This document shows, piece by piece, positions 26,738 through 36,646 of a DNA stretch of 64,000 nucleotides. Both the position numbers and the translations under genes were made by a program. The first letter of the stretch is position 1. Each line of letters starts with the position of its first letter. The notes beneath the pieces are model-generated. The model was not told the origin of the DNA and searched no databases. It worked only from the letters and a program-made list of their open reading frames with translations. Origin of the DNA: an uncultured Verrucomicrobiota bacterium (GTDB lineage Bacteria > Verrucomicrobiota > Kiritimatiellia > RFP12 > UBA1067); NCBI GenBank assembly GCA_947305775.1, contig CAMZEN010000008.1, positions 2,646-66,645 on the forward strand, written 5' to 3'.

Positions 26738-27264
26738 GCAGACTGACCGCAACATTGATGGCGTGGCCGGCGGTTTTCTTTGCCGCGGTCACGCTTTCGT
26801 TCGTCACTGGAGCGGTGGCAAAGCTGTTCGGCGTGGAGCTGCCCGATCAGGCGCAGGTCGAGTTCGTCAAGCGCTACGCCGGCTGGAACATGACATTTGC
26901 CTTTATTGTGGCACAGGTTGTGGTGATAGTGCCAGCAATCGAAGAGGTTTTGTTCCGCTTCTTGCTCTGGAAAATGCCATTGTGCATTGCACGGCGCTGG
27001 CGCGGCACTTGGCGTGCGCCGATGCTGCTTGCGATACCTGTCGCGGCGCTTTTCTCGTTCGCGCATTATATCGACTTTACGAGAGTCGCGTCGGAGCATT
27101 CGTTCGCGCTTATTGAATTGAACAATGCCTTTCTTGCGCTTTTCTTCTTTGGGTTGGCGCAATGCTGGCTCTACCGCAAGACAGACAGGCTATGGTGCAC
27201 GATTCTGAACCATGGTCTATTTAATCTTACGAATCTCGTCCTTCTTTTCTTCCTGCCGGCATAG
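26734..27264 (+). CDS. CPBP family intramembrane glutamic endopeptidase (CAAX-protease-like)
   Basis: GTGA overlap with aspS. Motifs [16 protein letters not shown] and ILNHGLFNL in a polytopic protein. Confidence 0.7.
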   Translation: MSRLTATLMAWPAVFFAAVTLSFVTGAVAKLFGVELPDQAQVEFVKRYAGWNMTFAFIVAQVVVIVPAIEEVLFRFLLWKMPLCIARRWRGTWRAPMLLAIPVAALFSFAHYIDFTRVASEHSFALIELNNAFLALFFFGLAQCWLYRKTDRLWCTILNHGLFNLTNLVLLFFLPA

Positions 27265-27299
27265 CATAACGCCGCCTTTGCCCTTGTCTGCCTTTGCTA

Positions 27300-27322
27300 G
27301 TTGCGGCAGGATTCGCCGCAAC
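27300..27322 (+). other. hairpin GTTGCGGC-aggattc-GCCGCAAC downstream of the CPBP gene
   Basis: Perfect 8-bp stem, 36 nt after the stop. No U-tract, so the terminator role is uncertain. Confidence 0.35.
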
Positions 27323-27360
27323 CGTGCTCGCCTTCAAGGGTGGTCGATTTCCGCGTCCTT

Positions 27361-27398
27361 GCGACCGCTCGACATACACTAGTATGTCTTCGGGTCGC
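27361..27398 (+). other. two-tier hairpin (GCGACC..GACATAC-acta-GTATGTC..GGTCGC)
   Basis: Inner 7-bp and outer 6-bp stems read directly in the 400-bp intergenic region. Confidence 0.5.
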
Positions 27399-27461
27399 AG
27401 TCCTGCGCAAATCGCCTCGTCTTCTCGCCACAGAGTCTAAATTGGAAGGGCGGCCCTACAC

Positions 27462-27538
27462 TGGGAGAGCGGACGTCTCGTCCGCGAAGATGGAAGGTTT
27501 ACATCTCCTTATGAGCGGGCGAGACGCCCGCTCTCCCA
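27462..27538 (+). other. 77-nt long-stem hairpin (24-nt arms, 2 mismatches); candidate ncRNA or REP/MITE-like element
   Basis: TGGGAGAGCGGACGTCTCGTCCGC ... GCGGGCGAGACGCCCGCTCTCCCA. The 29-nt loop itself contains an AGATG/CATCT stem. Confidence 0.5.
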
Positions 27539-27622
27539 AGGTGCCAGTCGGTTGCGAGATTCACCCCCTTTGCTAAGTGCTCAGCGTACATAAGTGATAG
27601 GCGCATCAATGTGCGCAAAATA

Positions 27623-27631
27623 TGGTATAAT
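27623..27631 (+). promoter_or_regulatory. extended -10 promoter element TGGTATAAT
   Basis: Context aaatatggtataatat, 42 nt upstream of the ATG at 27673. Confidence 0.55.
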
Positions 27632-27672
27632 ATCCCTTAAGCCGAAAACGGCTCAAAGCAAGGTATAAAATC

Positions 27673-28698
27673 ATGACAAATAAGACGATCATCATGGCGG
27701 CCGCAATCGCCGCCGCATCCATGTCGGCATTCGCCGACAAGGTTACGCTCAAGTCCGGCTCGTTCCTTACGGGCACGGCAGACGTCATACGCGATGGCGT
27801 GCTGACGTTCAAGTCCGACGACATCGGCAAAGTCGAGATAAAGGTAGAGAACATCGCGTTGCTCGAAAGCGACAAGATGCACGTCGTCGAATACAATGAC
27901 GGCACCAAGGAGGAGCTCGCGGTCTCCGTCGCCGACGGCGCGCTGGTAGTCAACGCCCAGCCCGTCAACATGGATGACGTCAAGCGTACCGACCCGGAGG
28001 AGGAGAAGTGGCACGGCTCCGTGAACATCGGTTACAACTCTACGCGCGGAAACACATACAACAACTCCGCCAGCGTGATCGCGAACGTCAACCGCCGTTG
28101 GGAAAAGGACCGCCTGAACGTCGATTTCGGCTACTATTACACCGAGACGGGCACGTCCAAGAAGAACAAGGACAAGACCACCGACCGTATGGAGTTCGAG
28201 GGCCAGCATGACCACTTCTGGTCGACCCGCGTGTATACCTACGAGAACGGACGCTGGGAGCGCGACGACATCGCAGGCCTCGACTTCCGTCTCCGCCTCG
28301 GCGGCGGTCTTGGCTACCAGTGGCTCGACAAGACCAATTTCGATCTGACGGGCAAGTGGAGCTTCAGCCAGGAAGCCGGCTTCGCGTGGGTCCGTACTGA
28401 CTACGCCAACAAGGACGATTCGGCCGAGAAGAGCTACGCGACCTTCCGTTATGCCCACCACCTCAAGTACTATCCGAAGTGGAACGAGACCGTCGAGTTC
28501 TTCCACAACTGCGAGTGGATGCCCGACCTGGATGATTCCGACGTTTATCTCGCGAAGGCCGACGTAGGCTTCACGACGAAGGTCCTCATGGACTTCGACC
28601 TCCTCTGCAAGATCGAGTGGGACTACAACAGCACCCCGAGCGCAGGACGCAAGTCGAGCGACACCCGCTACATCGTCGGCCTCGGATACAAGTGGTAA
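27673..28698 (+). CDS. DUF481 (YdiY-like) outer-membrane beta-barrel protein
   Basis: Signal peptide MTNKTIIMAAAIAAASMSAFA. GSVNIGYNSTRGNTYNNSASV... strand pattern. C-terminal YIVGLGYKW. Confidence 0.6.
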   Translation: MTNKTIIMAAAIAAASMSAFADKVTLKSGSFLTGTADVIRDGVLTFKSDDIGKVEIKVENIALLESDKMHVVEYNDGTKEELAVSVADGALVVNAQPVNMDDVKRTDPEEEKWHGSVNIGYNSTRGNTYNNSASVIANVNRRWEKDRLNVDFGYYYTETGTSKKNKDKTTDRMEFEGQHDHFWSTRVYTYENGRWERDDIAGLDFRLRLGGGLGYQWLDKTNFDLTGKWSFSQEAGFAWVRTDYANKDDSAEKSYATFRYAHHLKYYPKWNETVEFFHNCEWMPDLDDSDVYLAKADVGFTTKVLMDFDLLCKIEWDYNSTPSAGRKSSDTRYIVGLGYKW

Positions 28699-28706
28699 TC
28701 TGAGCA

Positions 28707-30152
28707 ATGCGCGTCGCCATCTGCTATCCGCCTCTCAAGTCGGAGAAGGGCGTCGCGCTGCTGACGCAGAACCGCCAGTTCCAGTGGTTCTCGCGTCCAA
28801 CGTACATCTTCCCCGTCGTGCCGGCCACGGCGGCGACGATGATGAAGAAGGAAGGGCATGACGTGCTCTTCCTGGATGGAATCGCAGGCGAGCTTTCGGA
28901 CGACGAATTCGAAGCTCGCCTTGCATCTTTCAGGCCGGATTATGTTGTCCTTGAGACAAAAACCCCCGTCGTCAAGCGCCATTGGCGATGGATAGACTCC
29001 CACAAAGGCCAAGGTTTCAGGACGATACTCGTGGGCGACCATGTAACGGCTCTTCCCGAAGAGTCCATGAAGGCCTGCGGCGTGGACTTCATCCTTACCG
29101 GCGGCGATTGGGACTTTCTCTTGAAGAACCTTCTGGCGTCCGGCGGCGATGCCTCGAAATACGAATCGGGCATATGGTTCCGTGATGGCGACGAAATAAA
29201 GAACACGGGCCGCTTCAAGCTCGACCACGATCTGAACTCTGCGCCATGGATCGACCGCGATCTAGTGAATTGGCGCCTGTACGCGGAGAAGAACGGCAAC
29301 TTTCGCCGCACTCCGGGTACGTACATAATGTCCGGCCGCGATTGCTGGCATGCGAAGTGCACTTTCTGCAGCTGGACGACCCTCTACCCGACCTACCGCA
29401 CCCGCGATCCCATTGATGTGGTCGACGAGATCGAGATGCTCGTGGACAAGTACGGGGTCAAGGAGATAATGGATGATTCCGGCTCGTTGCCTGTCGGCAA
29501 GTGGCTGGACACCTTCTGCAATGAACTTATTCGCCGCGGATTGCCCAAAAGGTTGCGCATAGACTGCAACATGCGCTTCGGTCGCCTGACGTTCGACGAC
29601 TACAGGCTTATGCGCAAGGCTGGTTTCAGGCTTGTGCTGTTCGGCGTCGAATCCGCCAATCAGACGACCCTCGACCGCTTCGTGAAGGCGCTCAAGGTGG
29701 AGGATGTGGAGAAGGGTTGTGAATGGGCGCACAGGGCTGGACTCGACGTGCACCTTACTTTCATGTTCGGGCATGCATGGGAAGGCCCGGCGGAAGTCGC
29801 CAACACCGTGCGCTTTGCGCGGCGGCTGCTTGCGAAAGGCTGGGCTTCGACACTGCAGTGCACGTTGACGATACCCTATCCAGGGACGCCGCTTTTCCGC
29901 GAACTCAAGGAAAACGACGGGCTTTCGACGCTTGACTGGGACGAGTATGACATGCGTCGTGCGATCACCAAGACGCCGCTTGTGAGCGAAGCCGACATAA
30001 AGTGCGCCATTCGCGAGGTCTACAAGGGCTTTCTTCAGCCGAGCGCGCTGTTTCATCGGTTGACTACGACTCGCAACCTGTTCGATTTCTCTTTCTATTA
30101 CCGTGGAATCCGCTCGCTACTCGGCCATCTCGTCGACTTCCGCCAGAAATGA
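28707..30152 (+). CDS. B12-binding-domain radical SAM protein (481 aa)
   Basis: N-terminal Rossmann-like B12-binding-type region (RVAICYPP...HDVLFLDG). Cys cluster CWHAKCTFC, followed by a TIM-barrel-like region typical of class B radical SAM enzymes. Confidence 0.6.
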   Translation: MRVAICYPPLKSEKGVALLTQNRQFQWFSRPTYIFPVVPATAATMMKKEGHDVLFLDGIAGELSDDEFEARLASFRPDYVVLETKTPVVKRHWRWIDSHKGQGFRTILVGDHVTALPEESMKACGVDFILTGGDWDFLLKNLLASGGDASKYESGIWFRDGDEIKNTGRFKLDHDLNSAPWIDRDLVNWRLYAEKNGNFRRTPGTYIMSGRDCWHAKCTFCSWTTLYPTYRTRDPIDVVDEIEMLVDKYGVKEIMDDSGSLPVGKWLDTFCNELIRRGLPKRLRIDCNMRFGRLTFDDYRLMRKAGFRLVLFGVESANQTTLDRFVKALKVEDVEKGCEWAHRAGLDVHLTFMFGHAWEGPAEVANTVRFARRLLAKGWASTLQCTLTIPYPGTPLFRELKENDGLSTLDWDEYDMRRAITKTPLVSEADIKCAIREVYKGFLQPSALFHRLTTTRNLFDFSFYYRGIRSLLGHLVDFRQK

Positions 30153-30195
30153 AATTGCGACGTGGCCCGCGGGCTTGGTCTGACAAGTGTAAATA

Positions 30196-30204
30196 TGGTA
30201 AAAT
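30196..30204 (+). promoter_or_regulatory. extended -10 promoter element TGGTAAAAT (obg)
   Basis: Context aaatatggtaaaat, 25 nt upstream of the ATG at 30229. Confidence 0.5.
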
Positions 30205-30228
30205 ACCGGGTTGAGAAGAAAGGTTGAA

Positions 30229-31386
30229 ATGAAGGCCAAGACATTCATAGACCAGATTGAGGTGCTCGTAAGGAGCGGCAAGGGCGGCGACGGCAAGATG
30301 TCTTTCCGTCGCGAGGCACTTGTTGAGTTCGGCGGCCCGGACGGTGGCGACGGAGGTCGTGGCGGCGATGTGGTATTCAAGGCTTCCGAGCACGTGAATT
30401 CGCTCCTTTCCTTGTACTATGATCCAAAATGCTTCGCTCAGGACGGTGGACCCGGTCAGGGCCAGAAGATGTTCGGCAAGCGCGGCAAGGACCTTGTCGT
30501 GCCGGTTCCGCTGGGCACTGAGGTCTATGATGTGGATACGGGGCTTGTCGTAGCCGACATAACCGAACCCGGCCAAAGCGTTGTCGTCGCCAAAGGCGGC
30601 GCCGGCGGCTTCGGCAACGTACATTTCAAGTCTTCCGTCAACCAGGCGCCGACCGAGCACACCCCGGGCGGCCCGAGCGAAGAGAAGCGCCTGCGACTCG
30701 AGCTGAAGACGATTGCCGATGCGGGGCTTCTGGGCTTTCCGAACGCAGGCAAAAGCTCTCTGCTGTCGGCGCTTTCTTCCGCCACGCCCAAGATCGCGAA
30801 CTATCCTTTCACCACCCTCAACCCGATTGTCGGCACGATCGTATACGACGATTACGCGAAGATTCGCATGGCCGACGTGCCCGGAATCATTGAGGGTGCT
30901 GCGAAGGGCGTCGGATTGGGGTTGGATTTCCTCAAGCACCTTGAGCGCAGCCGCGTTCTGGTATATGTGATCGACATGGCCGGAACCGACAATCGCGAGC
31001 CGTGGACGGACTACAAGATCCTCCAGAAGGAGATCGATGAATTCTCGCTGGAGCTTGCATCGCGTCCGGCTCTTGTCGTCGCCAACAAGCTCGATGTTGA
31101 GGTCGCCAGGGAGAACCTTGCCCGATTCATCGAGGAGACGGGCGTTACGCCAATCGCTATAAGCTGCGAATCGCGCGAGGGCCTTGATGAATTCAAGGCC
31201 AAGCTGCGAGAGCTCGTGCGGCCGGTGTCGAAGTTCCACCACACCCACGCCGTCGCGCCGGACATCAAGGACATGCCCGACACAACAGGCGATGAGATTC
31301 CGGCAGAGGCTTTGAAGTTTGCGACGTTCCTTAAGCTCGAAAAGCCGAAGGCGAAGAGCCATCCGTCCAGAGGAAACATACATTGA
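30229..31386 (+). CDS. obg: GTPase Obg/CgtA
   Basis: FIDQIEVLVRSGKGGDGKMSFRREA..GGPDGGDGGRGGDV (Obg fold). G motifs GFPNAGKSSLL, DVPG, NKLD. Confidence 0.9.
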   Translation: MKAKTFIDQIEVLVRSGKGGDGKMSFRREALVEFGGPDGGDGGRGGDVVFKASEHVNSLLSLYYDPKCFAQDGGPGQGQKMFGKRGKDLVVPVPLGTEVYDVDTGLVVADITEPGQSVVVAKGGAGGFGNVHFKSSVNQAPTEHTPGGPSEEKRLRLELKTIADAGLLGFPNAGKSSLLSALSSATPKIANYPFTTLNPIVGTIVYDDYAKIRMADVPGIIEGAAKGVGLGLDFLKHLERSRVLVYVIDMAGTDNREPWTDYKILQKEIDEFSLELASRPALVVANKLDVEVARENLARFIEETGVTPIAISCESREGLDEFKAKLRELVRPVSKFHHTHAVAPDIKDMPDTTGDEIPAEALKFATFLKLEKPKAKSHPSRGNIH

Positions 31387-31402
31387 GGAGGGGGTAAGTA
31401 TC

Positions 31403-32176
31403 ATGAAGAAATGGAATGTGGCGTCCGTAAGGGCGTCGAAGGGCGTTGAAAAGCTCGGCTGCTGCACGGCTTACGACGCATGTTTTGCGCGTCTTGCGGA
31501 CGAGGCGGGCGTGCCGATAATTCTGGTTGGCGATTCCATGGGAATGACGATGCTTGGCTACGAGACGACTCTGCCGGTGAAGATCGAGGAGACCTTGTCG
31601 GCCACGGCGGCGGTCGCCCGCGCCGTAAAGAGCGCCATGGTGGTCGCGGACCTTCCGTTCGGCAGCTACCAGTGCGGCGACGATCTGGCCGTCATGAACG
31701 CCGTCAAGTGCATACAGGCCGGCGCCGACGCCGTCAAGCTTGAAGGCGGCGCCAGGGTGTGCGGTCTCATAAAGCGTCTTACCGAGGCGGGGATTCCCGT
31801 GCTTGCGCACGTCGGCATGACGCCACAGAGCGTCAACGAATACGGAGGCTTCAAGCGGCAGGGCAAGACGCGTGAAGCGGCCGAGCAGGTGCTTGCGGAC
31901 GCAAAGGCGGTCGAGGCGGCGGGTGCGTTCGCCGTGACGCTCGAGTGCATACCAGCCGAACTCGCGGCGCAGGTTACCGCGTCCCTGAAGATCGTCACGG
32001 TCGGCATCGGGGCGGGCCCGGTCTGCGATGCGCAGTGGCTTGTGATGCACGACCTGTTGGGCCTGAACGAGAAGGTGCCGACGTTCGTCAAGCAGTATGC
32101 GCATCTCGCAAGCGAGGTTCGCGATGCGTTTTCAAGCTATGTGCGCGAAGTGCGCGAAGGTGTTTTCCCGGAATGA
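31403..32176 (+). CDS. panB: 3-methyl-2-oxobutanoate hydroxymethyltransferase
   Basis: CCTAYDACFARLADEAGVPIILVGDSMGMTMLGYETTLPV ... VKLEGG ... HVGMTPQS. Start at MKKWNV after the GAGGAGGGGG SD. Confidence 0.9.
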   Translation: MKKWNVASVRASKGVEKLGCCTAYDACFARLADEAGVPIILVGDSMGMTMLGYETTLPVKIEETLSATAAVARAVKSAMVVADLPFGSYQCGDDLAVMNAVKCIQAGADAVKLEGGARVCGLIKRLTEAGIPVLAHVGMTPQSVNEYGGFKRQGKTREAAEQVLADAKAVEAAGAFAVTLECIPAELAAQVTASLKIVTVGIGAGPVCDAQWLVMHDLLGLNEKVPTFVKQYAHLASEVRDAFSSYVREVREGVFPE

Positions 32177-32196
32177 ATGCAAGGAGCGATTGCGAT

Positions 32197-34497
32197 ATGA
32201 TTAAGCGTTTCGTTATGATGTCGGCCGTTGCCGCATGTTCCGTTGCCTTTGCGTCGGCAACGCACACTTTCGAGGTTTCGATGGAGCGGGATGCGTTCCT
32301 GTTGGACGGCAAGCCGTTCCAGATTCGCTGCGGCGAGCTGCATTTCGCCCGCGTTCCGCGCGCTTACTGGCGTCACAGGATACAGATGTGCAAGGCAATG
32401 GGCCTAAACACGGTCTGCGCCTACATGTTCTGGAACTACCACGAGATGGAGCGCGGCAAATACGACTTCTCCGGTGAGAAGGACATAGCCGAATTCTGCC
32501 GCATTGCGCAGGAGGAGGGGATGTGGGTGTTGCTTCGTCCCGGTCCGTACACATGCGCCGAGTGGGAGTTCGGCGGCCTGCCATGGTGGCTTATAGACAA
32601 GGGTTCGGAGAACGTCCGCCTGCGCACGCGCGATCCGCGCTATCTTGAGCCGGCGAAGGCGTACCTCAGGCGTGTTGCGGCCGAGCTTAAGGACCTTCAG
32701 ATCACGCATGGCGGTCCGATACTGATGGCGCAGGACGAGAACGAGTATGGTTTCGTCGGCGACGACAGGGAGTATATACGCGCACTGTACGATACGATGC
32801 GCGAGGCCGGCTTTGACGTGCCGATCTTCACCTGCAACCCAGTATACCATCTCACAAAGGGCGTAATACCCGAGACTCTAAAGGTTGCAAACTTCCCGGC
32901 GAATCCCGAGAACGCCTTTTCGGTCCTCAGGGAGGTCCAGCCTCGCGGACCGCTCATGTGCGGTGAATACTATTCCGCCTGGTATGACGCATGGGGGCAG
33001 CGCCACCACACCAAGCCTGTCGAGAACATGCTAAAGGATCTCGACTACATGCTTTCGGTCGGCGGATCGTTCTCGATTTACATGGCGCACGGCGGCACGT
33101 CTTTCGGCTGGTGGGCCGGATGCAACTCTCCGTTCGTGCCCCAGACTTCCAGCTACGACTATGAGGCTCCCATCAGTGAGCAGGGAAGGGCCATCCCGAA
33201 GTTCTACGCCATACGCGATCTGATGAAGAAGTACATGACCGAAGAAGAGCTGGCCGCCCTGCCCGAGCCGCCACCGCCGGTTCCGTTGCAGGCGTTCAAG
33301 AGCGATGTTCGCGGCGAGCTCGTAACCCCATCGTTCAAGATGCTTGACGGCAATATGAAACAGCCTCTTCCGATAGAGATGCTGAACGTCGGCTACGGCA
33401 CTGTTCTCTACACTGCGCTCGGAGACACAATCGGAGGTGGAGTGCTAAAGGCCCGCAACATTCGCGACCAGGCGGCGGTGTTCCTCGACAAGAGGCTGCT
33501 CGGCTTCCTTGACAGGCGTTTCCCTGAGCGCGGCGTCAACGTTCCGGCCGGAGCGGGTAAGCTGCAAATACTGCTTACGCACATGAGCCGCTACAATTTC
33601 GGCGCCGTCATAAACAACTCCGAGAAGGGGCTTCTGCCGCCGGTGACGCTAAATGGCAAGGAGCTGCTTGGCTGGGCTGCGAGCCAGGTGGTGCCGCCGC
33701 TTGAAGGCAAGGAAGAGAGCCATATTGCAGATCACCCGCTAAACTTCAAGCGCTTCAACGTGAATTTTACGTCAACGGCGGATACGTTCCTTCTGGTGCG
33801 CGGCTGGAAGAAGGGGCATGTATGGGTGAATGGGCATCCTCTCGGCCGTTTCTGGGGCATAGGACCTACCCAAACGATGTACGTCCCGGGCTGCTGGCTC
33901 AGGGAAGGGGTCAATGAATTCCTGGTTTTCGACTTTGGCGGCAATGTTCCCATGGATGGCCTTGAATTTGTCGATTCGCCCATACTTGACGAAATGCACC
34001 CTGAGATTGACATAATTTCCGCCCCCAAACGCGATTCTGCACCGTTCACCCCGCCGGAGAACCCGACTCTCAAAGGAGAATTCCCCGATGCAGTGGCTTC
34101 GCAGGAGGTTATGCTGGATGCGCCCGTCAAGGCACGCCAGTTCGCTTTCGTGATTGACTCCGACTGGCCTGGCAAGGGCGTCGCCGCCGTAGCGGAGTTT
34201 GAGCTGCTTGACGTCAAGGGCGAAAGTCTGCCGCACGGCAGCTGGAAGTTCATTTCTCTTTCCAGCGAAGAGACCGTGCGGGAGGACGGCGCGGCCGAGA
34301 ATGCCATTGATGGCCAGATATCCAACTTCTGGCACTCGCGGTGGAGCAAGGATCAAGCCAAACCGCCGCATTATTTCGTCATTGATGCAGGCTCGGAGGT
34401 GGAGGTTTCCGGTTTTCGCTATACTCCACGCCAGGACGGTCGCAGCGGACGTGTTCGCGGTTGGCGTCTGTTCTTGGGCGATTCTTTGACTAAATAG
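32197..34497 (+). CDS. beta-galactosidase, GH35, with C-terminal F5/8-type C (discoidin) domain
   Basis: Signal peptide MIKRFVMMSAVAACSVAFA. GH35 core MGLNTVCAYMFWNYHE...RPGPYTCAEWEFGGLPWWL. C-terminal NAIDGQISNFWHSRW...GFRYTPRQD. Confidence 0.85.
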   Translation: MIKRFVMMSAVAACSVAFASATHTFEVSMERDAFLLDGKPFQIRCGELHFARVPRAYWRHRIQMCKAMGLNTVCAYMFWNYHEMERGKYDFSGEKDIAEFCRIAQEEGMWVLLRPGPYTCAEWEFGGLPWWLIDKGSENVRLRTRDPRYLEPAKAYLRRVAAELKDLQITHGGPILMAQDENEYGFVGDDREYIRALYDTMREAGFDVPIFTCNPVYHLTKGVIPETLKVANFPANPENAFSVLREVQPRGPLMCGEYYSAWYDAWGQRHHTKPVENMLKDLDYMLSVGGSFSIYMAHGGTSFGWWAGCNSPFVPQTSSYDYEAPISEQGRAIPKFYAIRDLMKKYMTEEELAALPEPPPPVPLQAFKSDVRGELVTPSFKMLDGNMKQPLPIEMLNVGYGTVLYTALGDTIGGGVLKARNIRDQAAVFLDKRLLGFLDRRFPERGVNVPAGAGKLQILLTHMSRYNFGAVINNSEKGLLPPVTLNGKELLGWAASQVVPPLEGKEESHIADHPLNFKRFNVNFTSTADTFLLVRGWKKGHVWVNGHPLGRFWGIGPTQTMYVPGCWLREGVNEFLVFDFGGNVPMDGLEFVDSPILDEMHPEIDIISAPKRDSAPFTPPENPTLKGEFPDAVASQEVMLDAPVKARQFAFVIDSDWPGKGVAAVAEFELLDVKGESLPHGSWKFISLSSEETVREDGAAENAIDGQISNFWHSRWSKDQAKPPHYFVIDAGSEVEVSGFRYTPRQDGRSGRVRGWRLFLGDSLTK

Positions 34498-34546
34498 GCA
34501 GTTCCCCAGTCAAAAATATTGGCTCTAGACATTGGCAGGGATATTA

Positions 34547-34555
34547 TGATATACT
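34547..34555 (+). promoter_or_regulatory. extended -10 promoter element TGATATACT (rpoD)
   Basis: Context gatattatgatatact, 57 nt upstream of the ATG at 34612. Confidence 0.45.
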
Positions 34556-34611
34556 ACCCGCTCACTTGACAAAGTGCAGTCGGGTAGACTGTAGACTGGA
34601 GCAATATCTAA

Positions 34612-36594
34612 ATGGTGACGATAAAGAAGTCCTCGAAGGGGACTGGCAAAAAAAAGTCGTCTTCGCCTGCGAAAGCGAAGAAATCGTCTGCGGTTAATAT
34701 CCGCAGTGCGTCGATTTCTGAAGATGATGTGCTTGATTCCGATGATCTTCCGCCAGATGATGCGACTATAGAGGCGGAGGTTGCTTCTCTTGACGCCGAC
34801 AAGCTTGCCGCCGAGGTCGAGCAGCAGGAGGGCAAGGTTTCGGAAGAGGACGGCGAGGTTGTGCTGGATGAGGCTCCGCTTCCGGCGTTTGCCGCGGCCG
34901 ACGAGGCCATTGATGATGTCGACGCAATCCTGCCTTCGATGGAAGGCATGTCCATTCTGCGCGAGACGGAGCTGAACGACGTGATAAACGACGTAAAGCG
35001 CCGCAGTGAAGTGAACGGAGGCTATGTAACCTACGAGGAGCTCAATCAGATACTCCCTCAGAACATAGTCGATGCAATCCAGTCCGACAGATACCTTAAG
35101 ATTCTTGAGGCGCTTGGCGTGCACGTCATCCGCGAGGAGGACGTCAAGAAGTATATAGAGGCCAAGAACGCAAAGGCGTCGGATCCCAAGAGCCGTGCTG
35201 CGGAGATGATCGAAGATCCGATCCGCATGTACCTCCATCAGATGGGCCAGGTGCAGCTTCTTTCGCGAGACGAGGAGGTTGACATCTGCCAGACGATTGA
35301 AGACGCCGAAGTGAAGATTCGCGACATGTTCAATCGCTTTCTCTTCGCTCCGCCGATGTATGCGTCCATGCTCGACAAGCTGGAGGGCCAGAGCGAACGC
35401 TTCGACCGCATCGTTACCGATAAGTTCGAGGACAATCGCGACGCCTACATGGCGCTCATCCCCGGCTTTCGCAAGGATCTCAAGGTTATTGAGAAGCGCC
35501 TCAGGGAGGCGAGCGACAAGTATCTTTCGACCATCGCCCAGAAGAAGCCCTCGCCGGCTGCTGTGCGCGGTGCCGAGAAGACGCTTTCGAACGCCAGAAG
35601 CGCGCTCAGAACGTGTTTCGACGACATGAGCTTCAAGCAGAAGGTTCTTGAGACCCTTTGCATGGAGGCCGACGAGAGGATTTACCTCCCGTACCGTTCG
35701 TTCGTAAAGAAACAGGCCGACCTCATGCAGACCAAGGCATCCAAGAAGCGCGAACGAGACCTAGCCGTTCTGCGCGAGAAGATGGCCGGTCTGGAAGTCC
35801 TGTTCGGCATGCCGCCGCAGGAGTTCATGGCGACGTTCTCCGAGCTCAGAAAGGTGCTCAAGAACGGTCAGGTCGCCCGTACCAAGATGGTTGAGGCCAA
35901 CTTGAGGCTGGTCATCTCGATCGTCAAGAAGTACATGAATCGCGGACTCAGCTTCCTGGATCTCATACAGGAGGGCAACACCGGCCTGATGAAGGCCGTC
36001 GAGAAGTTCGAGTACAAGCGAGGCTACAAGTTCTCGACATACGCGACGTGGTGGATCCGGCAGGCCGCCACGCGTGCGATTGCCGACCAGGCGCGGACCA
36101 TCCGCATACCGGTTCACATGATCGAGACGATCAACAAGCTGATGCGTGTGCAGAAGAAGCTCATCCAGACGCTTGGCCGTGAGCCGAACGAGAACGAGCT
36201 CGCCGCGGAAATGAACATGCCGCTCGACCAGGTCAAGGCCGTCAGGAAGATGGCCCAGCAGCCGATTTCGCTGCAGTCCAAGGTCGGCGACAACGACGAC
36301 GCGCATTACGGGGACTTCATCCCCGACCTGTCGAGCGAAAATCCCTTCGAGGTCACGGAGGGGCATCTCCTTAAGGAACGCATCAGGGAGATACTTGAAA
36401 CACTGACCGACCGCGAACGGCAGGTTGTTGACTTCCGTTTCGGTCTTACCGACGGTTGCAGCCGCACTCTTGAGGAGGTTGGGCGGCTCTTCAACGTCAC
36501 CCGCGAGCGAATCCGTCAGATTGAGGCGAAGGCGCTCCGCAAACTACGCCATCCGAGCCGCATGAAGTCGCTCGGAGATTACAGAAACAGTTGA
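34612..36594 (+). CDS. rpoD: RNA polymerase primary sigma factor (sigma-70)
   Basis: Acidic N-terminus. Region 2 [12 protein letters not shown]. Region 4 [32 protein letters not shown]. Confidence 0.95.
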   Translation: MVTIKKSSKGTGKKKSSSPAKAKKSSAVNIRSASISEDDVLDSDDLPPDDATIEAEVASLDADKLAAEVEQQEGKVSEEDGEVVLDEAPLPAFAAADEAIDDVDAILPSMEGMSILRETELNDVINDVKRRSEVNGGYVTYEELNQILPQNIVDAIQSDRYLKILEALGVHVIREEDVKKYIEAKNAKASDPKSRAAEMIEDPIRMYLHQMGQVQLLSRDEEVDICQTIEDAEVKIRDMFNRFLFAPPMYASMLDKLEGQSERFDRIVTDKFEDNRDAYMALIPGFRKDLKVIEKRLREASDKYLSTIAQKKPSPAAVRGAEKTLSNARSALRTCFDDMSFKQKVLETLCMEADERIYLPYRSFVKKQADLMQTKASKKRERDLAVLREKMAGLEVLFGMPPQEFMATFSELRKVLKNGQVARTKMVEANLRLVISIVKKYMNRGLSFLDLIQEGNTGLMKAVEKFEYKRGYKFSTYATWWIRQAATRAIADQARTIRIPVHMIETINKLMRVQKKLIQTLGREPNENELAAEMNMPLDQVKAVRKMAQQPISLQSKVGDNDDAHYGDFIPDLSSENPFEVTEGHLLKERIREILETLTDRERQVVDFRFGLTDGCSRTLEEVGRLFNVTRERIRQIEAKALRKLRHPSRMKSLGDYRNS

Positions 36595-36646
36595 CCGGAA
36601 TGTCCGGCGACACGAAGAGAAGAAAAGAAAGAGAAGGAAATAGGTA

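Noticed and set aside
24914-26755. 613-aa minus-strand ORF antisense to aspS.
   Set aside because: aspS on the + strand has all class II motifs. The antisense product is an Arg/Leu/Asp/Val-rich frame artefact typical of high-GC third-position bias.
27301-27576. 91-aa ORF in the hairpin-rich intergenic region.
   Set aside because: It has a TTG start and no SD. It reads through three inverted repeats, so both arms would be 'coding', and its composition is Arg-rich. It is more parsimonious as non-coding structured sequence.
34566-34597. TTGACA plus TAGACT (tandem GTAGACT GTAGACT) as a second, canonical rpoD promoter.
   Set aside because: The spacing from TTGACA to the two candidate -10 hexamers is 13 nt and 20 nt, neither near the functional 16-18 nt.
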